A stretch of 64,000 nucleotides of DNA, taken from positions 3,648,001 through 3,712,000 of the forward strand of contig OZ245033.1 in NCBI GenBank assembly GCA_965224025.1. Reading direction: 5' to 3'. This stretch comes from Candidatus Multivorans sp. (GTDB lineage: Bacteria > Acidobacteriota > Thermoanaerobaculia > Multivoradales > Multivoraceae). The notes beneath the pieces are model-generated. The model ran no database searches. It had not been told where the DNA came from and saw only the letters and a list, made by a program, of their open reading frames with translations. Numbering within the stretch: the first letter of the stretch is position 1; each line of letters starts with the position of its first letter. Below, piece by piece: positions 39,234 through 50,000 of the stretch. A program made the position numbers and the translations under genes.

Positions 39234-41078
39234 CTACGGTCTTGCCGGTGCAATGAGCGGTTGGCGGGCTCGGTACAGATCCAGACGCTGGCGCCGCTCC
39301 CCCGAGTTGACGCCGGTCGATCGGCGTTCGAGCTCCAGAGCCTCTTCCTGCCGGGACACCGCCTCGTCGAACCGGCCAGCCGCCGCCAGGGCCATCGCCA
39401 GCGTCTCCAGGTGATCCAGTGCCGGCTGCTCGGAAACGACCGCCCGCGCCAACTCCACGGCCCGCGCGCCGTCCAACGCCGCGGGAACCGGACTCGTCGC
39501 GAGCAGCCGCGCCAGCAGATGCCGCACCGCGACGTCGGCCGGGAAACGCTCCAGGGCAACCTCGAGCGTTAGCAGGCAATCGACGTACAGGCCGGCCTGG
39601 AACTGCATCAGGCCGAGATTGAAGCGCGCGGCGAGGTCGTCGGGGGTGAGCGCGACCAGCGCCTCCAGGTGAACGGCCGCCGGCACCGGCGCCCCCGCAT
39701 CGACCAGCAGCGCCGCCAATTCTCGCCGCGCTTCGATCAGGCCTGGATCGAGGTCGACGATGTCTTCGAGTTCCGCGATCGCGCCGGCGGTGTTGCCGGC
39801 GTCGGCCCGCGCCCGCGCCCGCGCCAAGCGCCAGGGCAGGTTCTCCGGATCGATGTCGGCAGCCCGCTCCAGGTGCGCGGCGGCCCCGACGTCGCGGCCC
39901 GCGCGGCCCAGGAGAAGCGCCAGGTTGAAGTGTGCGGCGCCGTGGTCGGGCCGCACCTCCAAGGCTCGCCGCAGGTGGGTCGCCGCGCGGGTGTGTTCGG
40001 CGGTCTCGATCAGCGCCCGCGCCAGGTTGAAGTGAACGTCGGCGTCACGGTCGTTCGCGGCCAGCAGTTGTTCGTAGAGGGCGATCGCCTTGATGTGGTC
40101 GCCTGAGCGCGCGGCGCGCACGGCCCGGTCGAAGACCGCCTCTTCCTTGACCCCAAGAAGCTGGAGCCGCTCGCGCAGAGGGTCGGCCATGGCGACCGGC
40201 ACCCGCCGGTTCCGGCCCAGCTCAGCCCGCGCGCGCTCCGGATCGCCGGCCGCGCGCAGGGCCATGCCGAGGTGATGACGGACGATGCTGCCCTCGGGCT
40301 GAGTGGCCGCCACCGCCTCGAGGATCTGGACGGCCCGAGCGGCATCGCCGCGCTCGAGAGCCACCCGCCCGAGGCCGAGGCGTGCAGCCGCGCTCTCCGG
40401 CCGCCCTGAGGCTGCCCTGCCGTAGGCCGCTTCGGCCGCGTCGAACTCGCCTTCGGCCAGCAGCAGATCGCCGGCCCGAATCAGGGTCGGCACATCGCTC
40501 GGTCGCAGATCGAGTGCGGCGCCGGCACTCGCGCGCGCTGCCTCCAGGTCTCCGGTCGCGTCGTGCAGGAACAACTCGTAGTAGGCCCACTGGAAATCGC
40601 CCGGGGCGAGCGTTCGGAGCTGTTCCAGACACACCGAGGCAGCCCCGTAGAGTTCGTAGTGCAGGTAGCGCAAGCAGAGATCGGCAAAGGTGTTCGCCGC
40701 CCCTTGCGCCTGCGCCTCGTCGGCGGCGCCGGCAAGAGCCGCGCCGACCGCGGAACGGTCCTTCTCGAACTGCTGGCTGACATCCGGGGCCAAGTGGCCG
40801 AGGCCCGGTTCCGGTACGGCGTCGATCACGAGCGACGCGCGAACGCGGCTCAGGCCGCCTTCCGCGGCCGGCTCCTGGCCGAGAGCCGGGGCGGCGCCGA
40901 AGGCGGCGAGGGCGAGGGCGAGGGCGAGGGCGAGGAAGCGTGGCCCGCCAACTGCGTAGGGCGATCCGATGCTCCGACGCCCTGTCTCTATCTCTGGGTA
41001 CGCCGGTTCGGCGCGACGCTGTACTGCAAACACCGCATACTGCCGCCCGGCGGACCTCCAGCCCGTCGACCGGCTCAC
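39234..41078 (-). CDS. Tetratricopeptide repeat protein (secreted)
   Basis: Repeated A...A...P..A..FNL/LG helical units; GTGA overlap with the CRTAC1 stop; hydrophobic signal LALALALALAA; start uncertain. Confidence 0.85.
   Translation of the reverse strand: MSRSTGWRSAGRQYAVFAVQRRAEPAYPEIETGRRSIGSPYAVGGPRFLALALALALAAFGAAPALGQEPAAEGGLSRVRASLVIDAVPEPGLGHLAPDVSQQFEKDRSAVGAALAGAADEAQAQGAANTFADLCLRYLHYELYGAASVCLEQLRTLAPGDFQWAYYELFLHDATGDLEAARASAGAALDLRPSDVPTLIRAGDLLLAEGEFDAAEAAYGRAASGRPESAAARLGLGRVALERGDAARAVQILEAVAATQPEGSIVRHHLGMALRAAGDPERARAELGRNRRVPVAMADPLRERLQLLGVKEEAVFDRAVRAARSGDHIKAIALYEQLLAANDRDADVHFNLARALIETAEHTRAATHLRRALEVRPDHGAAHFNLALLLGRAGRDVGAAAHLERAADIDPENLPWRLARARARADAGNTAGAIAELEDIVDLDPGLIEARRELAALLVDAGAPVPAAVHLEALVALTPDDLAARFNLGLMQFQAGLYVDCLLTLEVALERFPADVAVRHLLARLLATSPVPAALDGARAVELARAVVSEQPALDHLETLAMALAAAGRFDEAVSRQEEALELERRSTGVNSGERRQRLDLYRARQPLIAPARP
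40905..40934. repeat. Hexanucleotide microsatellite (GGCGAG)x5
   Basis: Five perfect copies encoding Leu-Ala repeats in the TPR signal peptide. Confidence 0.9.
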
Positions 41079-42829
41079 GGCTTCTCGACGGCTAAGCCGG
41101 CGCCTCGCCGCAACAGGTGATAGCGGCTCGGTTCGAGGCCGCCAAACGCCTCCGCCGACCCGTCCGGCCACACCACCTCGACCATTGCCGTAGCCGGCTC
41201 GCCGGATAGCGTTAGCGGAAACAGGAGCCGCGGATCGCTGGCGGCGGCGTAGCTGCCGTCCGTGTGCGCCCAATGCCAGCCGCTTCGGCCCGCGATCCGG
41301 GCGCGGGCGCCGTAGACGTCGACAATTCTCGACGCAGCCTTTCCATCGGCCGGGGTCGCCGAACCCGCGGCGGCGCCGACGGCTGAGACCAGCCGGACAC
41401 CAAGCCAGGCCCCGCCAGGCGGCTGACGGTTCAACAGAACTCGCGCGCGGCCGCCGTTGTTCGTGATCACGAGGTCCGGGTCGCCGTCGTTGTCCAGATC
41501 GCCGACCGCGAGCCCCCGGCTTACTTCGCTCAGGACCGGACGCTCCCGCTCCACAGCAGGCACTGCCTCGAACCGGCCGCCTCCGAGGCCCCGGAAGAGC
41601 TGGTTCTCCATCCGCAGGGGATGCGGCTCGCCGGCTTCGACCTGCTCCTCGATCCGACGTACCGCGCCGTTGACGACGACCAGGTCGAGCACGCCGTCGC
41701 CGTCGTAGTCGAGCGCCGCGGTGCCGAACCCCGTCATCGGCCAGCTCGGGTCGACCAGGCCGCCCTCACGCGAACGATCGGCGAACAGTCCCTCGCCGTC
41801 GTTCAGGTACAGCGTGTTGTGCTCCCGCACGAGGTGAGACAAGAAGATGTCCGGAGCCCCGTTGCCGTCGAAGTCCGCGACCGCGACGCCCATGCTCGCC
41901 TGGGCCCGCCCGTCGCGGTCAAAGGCGGCGCCGGCGAAGACCGCGTCCTCCACGAAGGTGCCGTCCCCCTGGTTGAGCCAGAGTTGGTTGGCCATCTGGT
42001 CGTTGGCGACGTAGAGGTCGATCCGACCGTCGCCGTTGAAGTCGACCGCCGCGGCGCCCAGGGCGGTGTGCGGGGCGCTGGCCAGCCCCGATCGCTCCGT
42101 CGCGTCGAGGAAAACGCCGTTGCCGAGATTGCGCAGCAGGCGGTCGCCCTCGGCCGGCTGGCTCAGCGGCCCGCAGTAGTCCGGCCGGCCGCTGGTCAGG
42201 AAACACTGCTTCCGGTTGGCGCGGTGGAAGCGGTGGTAGTTGCCGACGTAGAGGTCGAGCCAGCCGTCGGCATCGTAGTCGAAGAAGGTCGCCGGGACGC
42301 TGAAACGCCGGTCGTCCGCGCCGGCGCGCTCGGTGACGTCCTCGAAACCGGCGCCTCCGCTGTTGCGGAGCAGTTGGTTCGACCCCAGGTTGGTCACGTA
42401 CAGATCGATGTAGCCGTCCCGGTCGTAATCGCCGGTGGCGACGCCGATGTTGTAGCCGGAGGAATCGAGGCCCAACTCGGCGGTGACGTCGACGAACCGC
42501 AGTTTCGTCTCGCCGGCCTCCTTCAGGTCGTTGCGGAAGATGCGGTCGCCCGCCGGCCTATCGGCCCAACGAGAGAACACCGGCGCGCGGCCCTCGTCGC
42601 CCTCGAACTCTCGGCCCTGGCCCAGGTAGATGTCCAGGTCTCCGTCGTTGTCGTAGTCGATCAGGGCAACTCCAGGACCGACCACCTCCGCCGTGTAGAG
42701 CTGCCCCGTCATGCCGTTGAAGTGGAGGAAGTCGATCCCGAGTTCCTCAGCGACTTCCTCGAACGCGGGCGTCGCGCCGCCGGCCGCAACCGCCAGACAA
42801 CCGGACACGAAGACGAGCAGCGCGGCCAT
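41075..42829 (-). CDS. CRTAC1 family FG-GAP/ASPIC-UnbV protein
   Basis: DYDNDGDLDIY, DYDRDG, DYDADG, DFNGDG, DYCGP, SRGLAVGDLDNDGD, GSYAAASDPR. Confidence 0.9.
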   Translation of the reverse strand: MAALLVFVSGCLAVAAGGATPAFEEVAEELGIDFLHFNGMTGQLYTAEVVGPGVALIDYDNDGDLDIYLGQGREFEGDEGRAPVFSRWADRPAGDRIFRNDLKEAGETKLRFVDVTAELGLDSSGYNIGVATGDYDRDGYIDLYVTNLGSNQLLRNSGGAGFEDVTERAGADDRRFSVPATFFDYDADGWLDLYVGNYHRFHRANRKQCFLTSGRPDYCGPLSQPAEGDRLLRNLGNGVFLDATERSGLASAPHTALGAAAVDFNGDGRIDLYVANDQMANQLWLNQGDGTFVEDAVFAGAAFDRDGRAQASMGVAVADFDGNGAPDIFLSHLVREHNTLYLNDGEGLFADRSREGGLVDPSWPMTGFGTAALDYDGDGVLDLVVVNGAVRRIEEQVEAGEPHPLRMENQLFRGLGGGRFEAVPAVERERPVLSEVSRGLAVGDLDNDGDPDLVITNNGGRARVLLNRQPPGGAWLGVRLVSAVGAAAGSATPADGKAASRIVDVYGARARIAGRSGWHWAHTDGSYAAASDPRLLFPLTLSGEPATAMVEVVWPDGSAEAFGGLEPSRYHLLRRGAGLAVEKP

Positions 42830-42926
42830 GGGCAGTGGAGACTATCGAGCCCAGCGTCCAGAGCACTGAATCGTGAACCAGTATGTTGGATCCCGGCGCC
42901 CATCCGGACCCCGCCCACGCCCGGAT

Positions 42927-42956
42927 TTGACATGAGCGTCAAGAGTCGGTGAGGAT
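42927..42956 (+). promoter_or_regulatory. Putative sigma70 promoter with a palindrome over the -35 box
   Basis: TTGACA at 42927 inside TTGAC-ATGAGC-GTCAA; weak -10 GAGGAT; divergent CRTAC1/receptor intergenic region. Confidence 0.5.
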
Positions 42957-43010
42957 TCGCTGCTTACTTTCAACCGTTGGCTCATCCAACCGACAAGGAG
43001 AAGGACTGAG

Positions 43011-46000
43011 ATGAAGCGACTGTTCCTGGCCGCGTTGCTGGTTCTGATGCCCGTCTGCGCATTCGCGGACGCGCCGGAAACCGCGACGATCAGCGGCCGA
43101 ATTGTGGATCCCGGCGGCTCCCCGCTGCCCGGCGTGAGCGTCACGCTGAGCGGCGAGCGCGGCGACAAGTTCGGCATCACCGACGAGAACGGCTCCTACC
43201 GGTTCGTCGGCGTGGTGCCGGGCGACTACACCATGACCGCCACGCTGGAGGGCCTGGGCGAAGGCCGGGCCGACGTGCGCGCCGTCGCCGGCGACCGCAA
43301 GTCCCTCGACGTCACGTTGCAGGCCACGATCGAGGGCGAGGTCACCGTCACCGGCGAGACGCCCATGGTCGACAAGTTCAACGTCTCCGCCGGCGCCACC
43401 GTCTCCGGCGAGATCGGCGAACAGATCGGCGGCACGACCCGCACCTACTACGGCATCATCAACGCCCTCCCCGGCGTCACCGCCGACGCGGAGAACGACG
43501 ACATCCAGGGGACGCGGCCGGCCGTCAACGGCGCCCACTTCGCGGACCAGGGCGTGTTCATCGACGGCGTCGACACGACCTTCGCCAAGTTCGGCGGCAG
43601 CCGCGTCCGCGTGCCGACCACGGCGCTGACCGAGGTCTCCATGGAGGCGGGCGGTTCCTCCGCCGAGTACGGCCGCTACGTCGGTTCGGCGACCAACGTG
43701 ATCGTCAAGTCCGGCACCAACCGCTGGCACGCAGACACGCTCTGGAACCACCAGCGGATCGACTGGGGCGCCGACTACAAGGACCAGCCCTCGCTCACCG
43801 AGCGGACCAACAAGCCCTACCCGGCGGACTGGTTCAAGCGCTGTCACGGCGACTCGCGCGACGAGGGTCGCGGACTTATCCCCGGCGGCACCGATGGTTC
43901 CCGCGAACTCGAGCCATGCCGGCCCGGCGGCTCCGAGTGGACCGGCGCCAGCGACGGTTTCGAGGTTTCTCTCGGCGGCCCGATCAAGCGCGACAAGTTC
44001 TGGTTCTACGCCGGCTACAGCGAGTTCGACGACGCCTACGCCGAGCGGCTGATCGGCGGCGACCCCTACGACATCAGCTTGGTCGACGACACGCGGATCC
44101 TGAAGGTGAACCTGCAGTCGAGCGCCGCCCATTCGTTCAACGGCTCGACGATCGACACGCCGACGTTCAGGAACTACTTCAACCAGCAGTCGTTCGACTA
44201 CTGGACCCCGACGCCGCACGAGAACGACAGCGTGCTGGCGACGGTGAACTGGAACTGGGCGGTTTCCTCCAACTGGTTCCTCGAGGCGAAGATCGCCCAG
44301 CAGGAAACGCAGGAGAACAAGTTCCTGGGCTGCCACAACACCTTGGCCCAGGAGAACCCCGATGTCCTCAACGTGGGTGGTACGCCGATCCTCGACTGGC
44401 TCGGGCTGCAGCACCTGCCGGAAGTTCCGGCCGAGATGGTCACCACCTGTCTGCAGGCCAAGGCGCTCGACCGCGGTCCGGAAGCCGGCCATAGCGAGCT
44501 GAACACCTCGGGCGGCGACACGAACTTCGACCTCCGCTTCCCGTTCGATCCGAGCCGGGGATACTTCTGGCCGGGCAACAACTACAACGTGTACGTCGAC
44601 GGTGAAAACCTCGGCGCCTGGCACAACGGCTGGATCCTGTCCGACGGCTTCGGCTTCAATGCCTTCCCGCGCGACCAGGCCAACGTCGGCCTGACCCAGT
44701 TCGTGGGCGCGAACCATGAGCTGAAGTACGGCATCGACTACCAGGACACGAAGTGGGAGGGCGAGAACGCCCGCACGTCATTCATGAACGGCTGGGGCTA
44801 CGACTCCTACAACCCGTTCGGGTATGGCGGCGCCGGCGGTCTGGGTGACGACAGTTGCGGGCTCCAGTGGGCGCGCCCCTTGGACACGTCCCCGGACAAC
44901 CCGTACACGCCAATTCCCGGTGTAGTTCCTCCGCAGACGACCCGCTCCCGCATCTGTACCTATGTTGACTACAACTCGCCGAGGCTGAGTTGCCAGGGTC
45001 CGATCGGCGAGGAACTGACGCCGATCGAAATCACGAGGGTGAACGGTGAGATTCACCGCACGGACTTCGACCAGGGCAGTTGCATCGGCCGCGGCACCGG
45101 CGACGCCGAAATGAAGGACACCGCCTTCTACCTGAGGGATCGCTTCACTATTGGCGACCACTGGACCTTCAACCTCGGCGTACGCGCCGAGATCCAGGAA
45201 GGCTGGAACGACGTGCGCCGCAAGGTGGTCGACTCCACCTACGCCGACCCGCGCGTCAACATCACGTACGATGTGAAGGGAGACGGGCGACTGCTGTTCA
45301 CCGCGAACTGGGGTCAGTACCACGCGATGCTGAACCAGGCCTGGATCTCCGGCGGCGGCGACACGGCCGGCGGCATGCACGACCAGTGGAACGGCTACGA
45401 AGGCTTCGAGGTGTGGCTGTTCTGCGACCCGATCGAGGCAGCCGTGTTCTGTGCCGTCCCGGACCGGACCGACACGCGGGCCAACGGCACCGTCGGCATG
45501 GGCATCCCCGGCTACAACTACGCTTGGAGCACTCTGGTTCCAGGCCTGATGTGGGACGCCGTCCGCCCCTGCCAGGATGGTGAGATGTCCGGCGTCGACT
45601 GCGAAATCTGGGACCACGGCATCGATCCCTACTACCGGGACGATCTGATCATCGGTCTCGAATGGCAGTTCGCTCCGAACTGGGCGCTCGACGTGAAGTA
45701 CATCGACTGGCAGATGCAGGACATGATGTTTTCCAACACCCAGCGCGACCACAAGGCCCGGAACATCTTCATCACCGGCAACTACCACGACCTGGCCGAG
45801 ATCGTCACCAACGCGGCGGATGCGCGTGAGGCGAAGGGCCTTGACAGAAACCTCAACGATGAGGCGCTGGCGCTTGCCGCCCCTGCCAAGAACGGCTATC
45901 GGGGTTTGCAGGTCCAGCTAAACCGGCGGTTCGCCAACGGATGGGCCCTCTACAACAACGTGTCGTGGTCGGAGACGGACACCACAGGCGCCGGCGCTTG

Positions 46001-46637
46001 GTGGAACAACACGAACAGCAGCTACCTCGAGAACCTGAGCGAAGTTGTGACGCAAGAGGTGATCGACAACTGCAACACCGGCCAGACGATCCCGGATCGG
46101 CGCACTGGCCGCACGGAGCTCTTTCCGGTGGACTGCAATCAGGCGCTGGCGGAGTGGATCGGCTACCCGGTGTCGATGATCAACCGCCGCGGCCTGAACC
46201 AGGCCTATGACCGGACCTGGATCTACAACTCCTTCGGCTTCAAGACGTGGCGCCTCGGGAACCAGGAGCTGACCTTGTCCGGCCACCTGAGCTTCCAGAC
46301 TGGAACGCCCTGGGTGCGGAGCGAGGGTGTGACGATCGTAGATATCGATCCGAACGATCAGAAGCCAGGTACGCCGAACGACGGTGTCAGCTTCAACCTG
46401 CATGCTCCGGGCACGCAGGGGCGCTTCACCTCGGACGAGTACACCCTGAACCTGAGCGGCGCTTGGGGCTTCCCGTTGGGCTACCGGGAGGTGCGTGGTG
46501 AACTCCGGGTCGAGGCGCTGAACGTCACCAACCAGCAGCGGCGACGCTCCTGGGGCGGCGACGGCCAGGTCTACCCGGTGCGGCGCTTCTTCCAGCGCCC
46601 GCGCCAGGTGCGCGCCTCGCTGAGGTTCCGCTTCTAG
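43011..46637 (+). CDS. TonB-dependent receptor (Oar-like), copy 1
   Basis: Signal peptide, N-terminal GRIVDPGGSPLPGVSVT domain, plug IDGVD..SAEYGR..VIVKSGTN, LNRRFANGW, C-terminal Phe (LRFRF). Confidence 0.9.
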   Translation: MKRLFLAALLVLMPVCAFADAPETATISGRIVDPGGSPLPGVSVTLSGERGDKFGITDENGSYRFVGVVPGDYTMTATLEGLGEGRADVRAVAGDRKSLDVTLQATIEGEVTVTGETPMVDKFNVSAGATVSGEIGEQIGGTTRTYYGIINALPGVTADAENDDIQGTRPAVNGAHFADQGVFIDGVDTTFAKFGGSRVRVPTTALTEVSMEAGGSSAEYGRYVGSATNVIVKSGTNRWHADTLWNHQRIDWGADYKDQPSLTERTNKPYPADWFKRCHGDSRDEGRGLIPGGTDGSRELEPCRPGGSEWTGASDGFEVSLGGPIKRDKFWFYAGYSEFDDAYAERLIGGDPYDISLVDDTRILKVNLQSSAAHSFNGSTIDTPTFRNYFNQQSFDYWTPTPHENDSVLATVNWNWAVSSNWFLEAKIAQQETQENKFLGCHNTLAQENPDVLNVGGTPILDWLGLQHLPEVPAEMVTTCLQAKALDRGPEAGHSELNTSGGDTNFDLRFPFDPSRGYFWPGNNYNVYVDGENLGAWHNGWILSDGFGFNAFPRDQANVGLTQFVGANHELKYGIDYQDTKWEGENARTSFMNGWGYDSYNPFGYGGAGGLGDDSCGLQWARPLDTSPDNPYTPIPGVVPPQTTRSRICTYVDYNSPRLSCQGPIGEELTPIEITRVNGEIHRTDFDQGSCIGRGTGDAEMKDTAFYLRDRFTIGDHWTFNLGVRAEIQEGWNDVRRKVVDSTYADPRVNITYDVKGDGRLLFTANWGQYHAMLNQAWISGGGDTAGGMHDQWNGYEGFEVWLFCDPIEAAVFCAVPDRTDTRANGTVGMGIPGYNYAWSTLVPGLMWDAVRPCQDGEMSGVDCEIWDHGIDPYYRDDLIIGLEWQFAPNWALDVKYIDWQMQDMMFSNTQRDHKARNIFITGNYHDLAEIVTNAADAREAKGLDRNLNDEALALAAPAKNGYRGLQVQLNRRFANGWALYNNVSWSETDTTGAGAWWNNTNSSYLENLSEVVTQEVIDNCNTGQTIPDRRTGRTELFPVDCNQALAEWIGYPVSMINRRGLNQAYDRTWIYNSFGFKTWRLGNQELTLSGHLSFQTGTPWVRSEGVTIVDIDPNDQKPGTPNDGVSFNLHAPGTQGRFTSDEYTLNLSGAWGFPLGYREVRGELRVEALNVTNQQRRRSWGGDGQVYPVRRFFQRPRQVRASLRFRF

Positions 46638-46691
46638 GCACCGGACGGTACAGATCGCCGGGCTTCGGCTCAGGCGTTCACAGGATCACGT

Positions 46692-46722
46692 AGGGGAGAG
46701 GGCTTCGGCTCTCTCCCCTTTT
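46692..46722 (+). terminator. Rho-independent terminator
   Basis: AGGGGAGAGGGC-TTCG-GCTCTCTCCCCT followed by T run after receptor copy 1. Confidence 0.8.
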
Positions 46723-46745
46723 CCTTTGGGTGCACCGGACTGCCA

Positions 46746-46895
46746 TCCGTGCGCCCGACGACGGGCGCACGGATTGGTTCACGGGTGGCGCGGATCGCGC
46801 CACCCGGGTTCCGGCCGGCATCTGGCCCCTGGGAACGCGGGCGTCTCGCCCGCATCTGGCGCCGGGCAGCACGGGCGCCTCGCCCGCATCTGGCG
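46746..46895 (-). repeat. Double-hairpin repeat, copy 3 (inverted), plus REP-like units
   Basis: Reverse complement of 46746-46812 aligns to 36371-36437; 25-mer at 46832 and a partial copy near 46870 on the + strand. Confidence 0.75.
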
Positions 46896-47007
46896 CGATG
46901 CCGCAACGACGCGGCGTTACGTCCGCACGGCCAACAACGCCGACAAGCACCCGTTCGATCCAGAATCCCGGATCCCCATTGCCCCACAAGCCCAAATCAC
47001 ACCCTCC

Positions 47008-47035
47008 TTGACATCCGGTTAGACCGTCGTATAGT
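47008..47035 (+). promoter_or_regulatory. Near-consensus sigma70 promoter for receptor copy 2
   Basis: TTGACA-16 nt-TATAGT, followed by GAGGAGG SD before ATG 47076. Confidence 0.72.
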
Positions 47036-47075
47036 CCCTGTCACGTTTCTTACAACTTGATCCGAGGAGGAGCTC

Positions 47076-50000
47076 ATGAAGCGACTCGCAGTGGCTCTGC
47101 TGCTGTTCGTTCCGGTCGGCCTTGTTGCCGACGCGCCGGAGACGGCCACCGTCAGTGGCACAATCGTTGATCCCGGGGGCTCACCCCTGCCGGGCGTCAG
47201 CATCACCCTGTCCAGCGATCGCGGCGACAAGTTCTCGATCACGGACGAGAACGGCAACTACCGCTTTGTCGGCCTCGTCCCCGACGACTACAGCCTGAAG
47301 GCGGAATTGCAAGGCCTTGGCGAAGTCCAGGCCGAGTTCCACGCCGCGGCTGGAGACCGAAAGTCGGTCGACCTGACCCTGCAGGCAGCCATCGAAGGCG
47401 AAGAGCTGACGATCACGGCCGACACGCCCATGGTCGACAAGTTCAACGTCACCGCGGGCACCACCGTCACGTCCGAGATCGGCGAACAGACCGCCGGCAC
47501 GACGCGCACCTACTACGGCGTGATCAACGCGATGCCGGGAGTCACCTCCGACGCACGCAACGACGACATCCAGCAGACGCGGCCATCGGTCAACGGAACC
47601 CACTTCGCCGACCAGGGCGTGTACGTGGACGGCGTCGACACTACGTTCGCCAAGTTCGGCGGCAGCCGCGTCTTCCTGCCGACGACGGCGCTGACCGAGG
47701 TCTCGATGGAGGCTGGCGGCTCCTCCGCGGAGTATGGCCGCTACATCGGCTCGTCGACGAACGTGATCGTCAAGTCGGGCACCAACCGGTGGCACACCGA
47801 CGTCCTCTGGCAGCAACAGTCTGTCGACTGGGGCGCAGACTACAAGGATCAGCCGTCCCTGGAGGAACGGCAGAACAAGCCGTACCCCAGAGATTGGTTC
47901 AAACGCTGCCACGGCGACGAGCGGGACGCCGGTCGGGGCGAGATTCCAGGCGGCACCGATGTCTCGGAGGCTTTCAACACGAACAGACAGGCCTGCCTGC
48001 CCGGCTCCGATGAATGGGCTGGCTCCTCTAGCGGCTACGAGCTCTCGGCAGGCGGTCCCCTCAGGCGGGACAAGTTCTGGTTCTTCCTGGGCGTAAGCGA
48101 GTTCGACGATGCCTACTCGGAGCGGCTGCTCGGCGGTGACCCGTACGACGTCAGCCTCTTCAACGACGCGCGCATCTTCAAGCTGAACATGCAGCCGACG
48201 GCGTCGCATTCGTTTGCCGCTTCGGCAATCGACACGCCGGCGTTCCGGAACTACTTCAACGATCAGTCGTCCGACTACTGGACCCCGACTCCGCACGAGA
48301 ACGACAGCGTGCTGTCGACGATCAACTGGAACTACGCGGTTTCGGGCAACTGGTTCCTGGAAGCCAAGGTCGCCCAGCAGGAAACGCAGGAGAACAAGTA
48401 CCTCTCCTGCTACAACAAGCTGGAGCAGGAGAACCCCGAGGTTCTAAACCCGGACGGCGTTCCTCTTCTCGAGTGGCTGGCCCAGGACAACTTCCCCGAT
48501 GCGCCGGCGCGCATGGTGGAGACCTGCCTGCAGGCGAAGTCGCTCGACCGCGGTCCGATCGCCGGGCACAGCGCGACAAACACTTCGGGCGGCGACACTA
48601 GCTACCCGCTGCGCTTCCCATTCGACCCGAGCCAAGGCATCTTCTACCCGGGCAACAACTACAACATCTACCGGGACAACGAGAACCTCTCGGCTTGGCA
48701 CAACGGCTGGATTCTCTCCGACGGTTTCGGCTTCAACGCATTCCCGCGCGAACAGGCGAACCTCGGTTTGACCCAGTTCGTGGGCGCCAATCACGAGCTG
48801 AAGTACGGCATCGACTACCAGGACACGAAGTGGGAAGGAGAGAACGCCCGAGTTCCCCTGATGGACGGTTGGGCGTTCGATGCAACGAACCCGTTCGGTT
48901 TCCTGAACGCGGGGCAGGACGCCCTTGATTCGTGCTCGGTCTTCCGCAGCGCCGGCACGAATCCCGACAACCCGACTGAAGCTTGGGACGGCTTCCGGAC
49001 CAATCGTGGCCGGAGCTGCTACTTTGTCGACTACAACTCCACCCTTCTGACATGCGAAGGGGTGGCCGGCGACGGCATGCCGCATCGGCCGACTCAAATC
49101 ACTCGGGAAGGCGGGGAAATCGTTCGTACACCTGGCACCTGCGTCGGTCGTGGAACCGGCGACACGGAGGTCCGGGATATCGGCTTCTTCCTGCGCGACC
49201 GCTTCACCATCGGCGATCACTGGACCTTCAACGTGGGTCTCCGCACGGAGAATCAGGAAGCATGGAACGACGTTCGCCGCAGGGTGGTTGACGACAACTA
49301 TGTGGATCCCAGGATCAACATCACATACGACGTGAAGGGAGACGGCCAGTTTCTCCTCAACGCGACCTATGGCCACTATCACGCGATGCTGAACCAGGCC
49401 TGGATCTCAGGCGGCGACGTTGCTCGACCGAGCATGCACGACCTGTGGAACGGCTACGAAGGGCGGGAAGTATTCCTCTTCTGCGACCCGGGTGATGTCG
49501 CGTCGGCCAATCTGCTGGGATTCCTCGGCTTCATCAACTGGAGTTGCAATCTTCCGCAACGTCGCGACACCCTCCGCAACGGCACCGTCGGCCAACCCCT
49601 GCCGGGCTACAACGTGTCCTGGGAACTCGCACAGCCAGGCCTGATGTGGGACGCCGTTCAGGCAGATGTCTTCGACTTTGACGTGCAGACCTACTACAAG
49701 CAGGAGATGATCCTTGGCCTTGAGTGGCAGTTCCGACCCGACTGGGCTCTTGACATCAAGTACATCGACTGGAACATCCAGGATCCGATGTTCTCCAACT
49801 TCCAGTTGGACCATCTGGGTCGGAACATCGGAATCACCGAGAACTACCACGACCTCGCGAAGATCGTCACTGCGTTTGACGACGCTCGAGAGGCGGCGTG
49901 GGTCAGCGCCGGCAACGAACCTGGCACGCGTAACCCCGGCAGCGTTCTGAACCGGGAGGCTCTCGCTCAGGCGGACCCGGCGAAGAACGGTTACAGAGGG

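Noticed and set aside
36481-42829. Enediyne biosynthetic cluster (UnbV association)
   Set aside because: No PKS or other enediyne cassette genes; ASPIC/UnbV proteins are widespread outside such clusters
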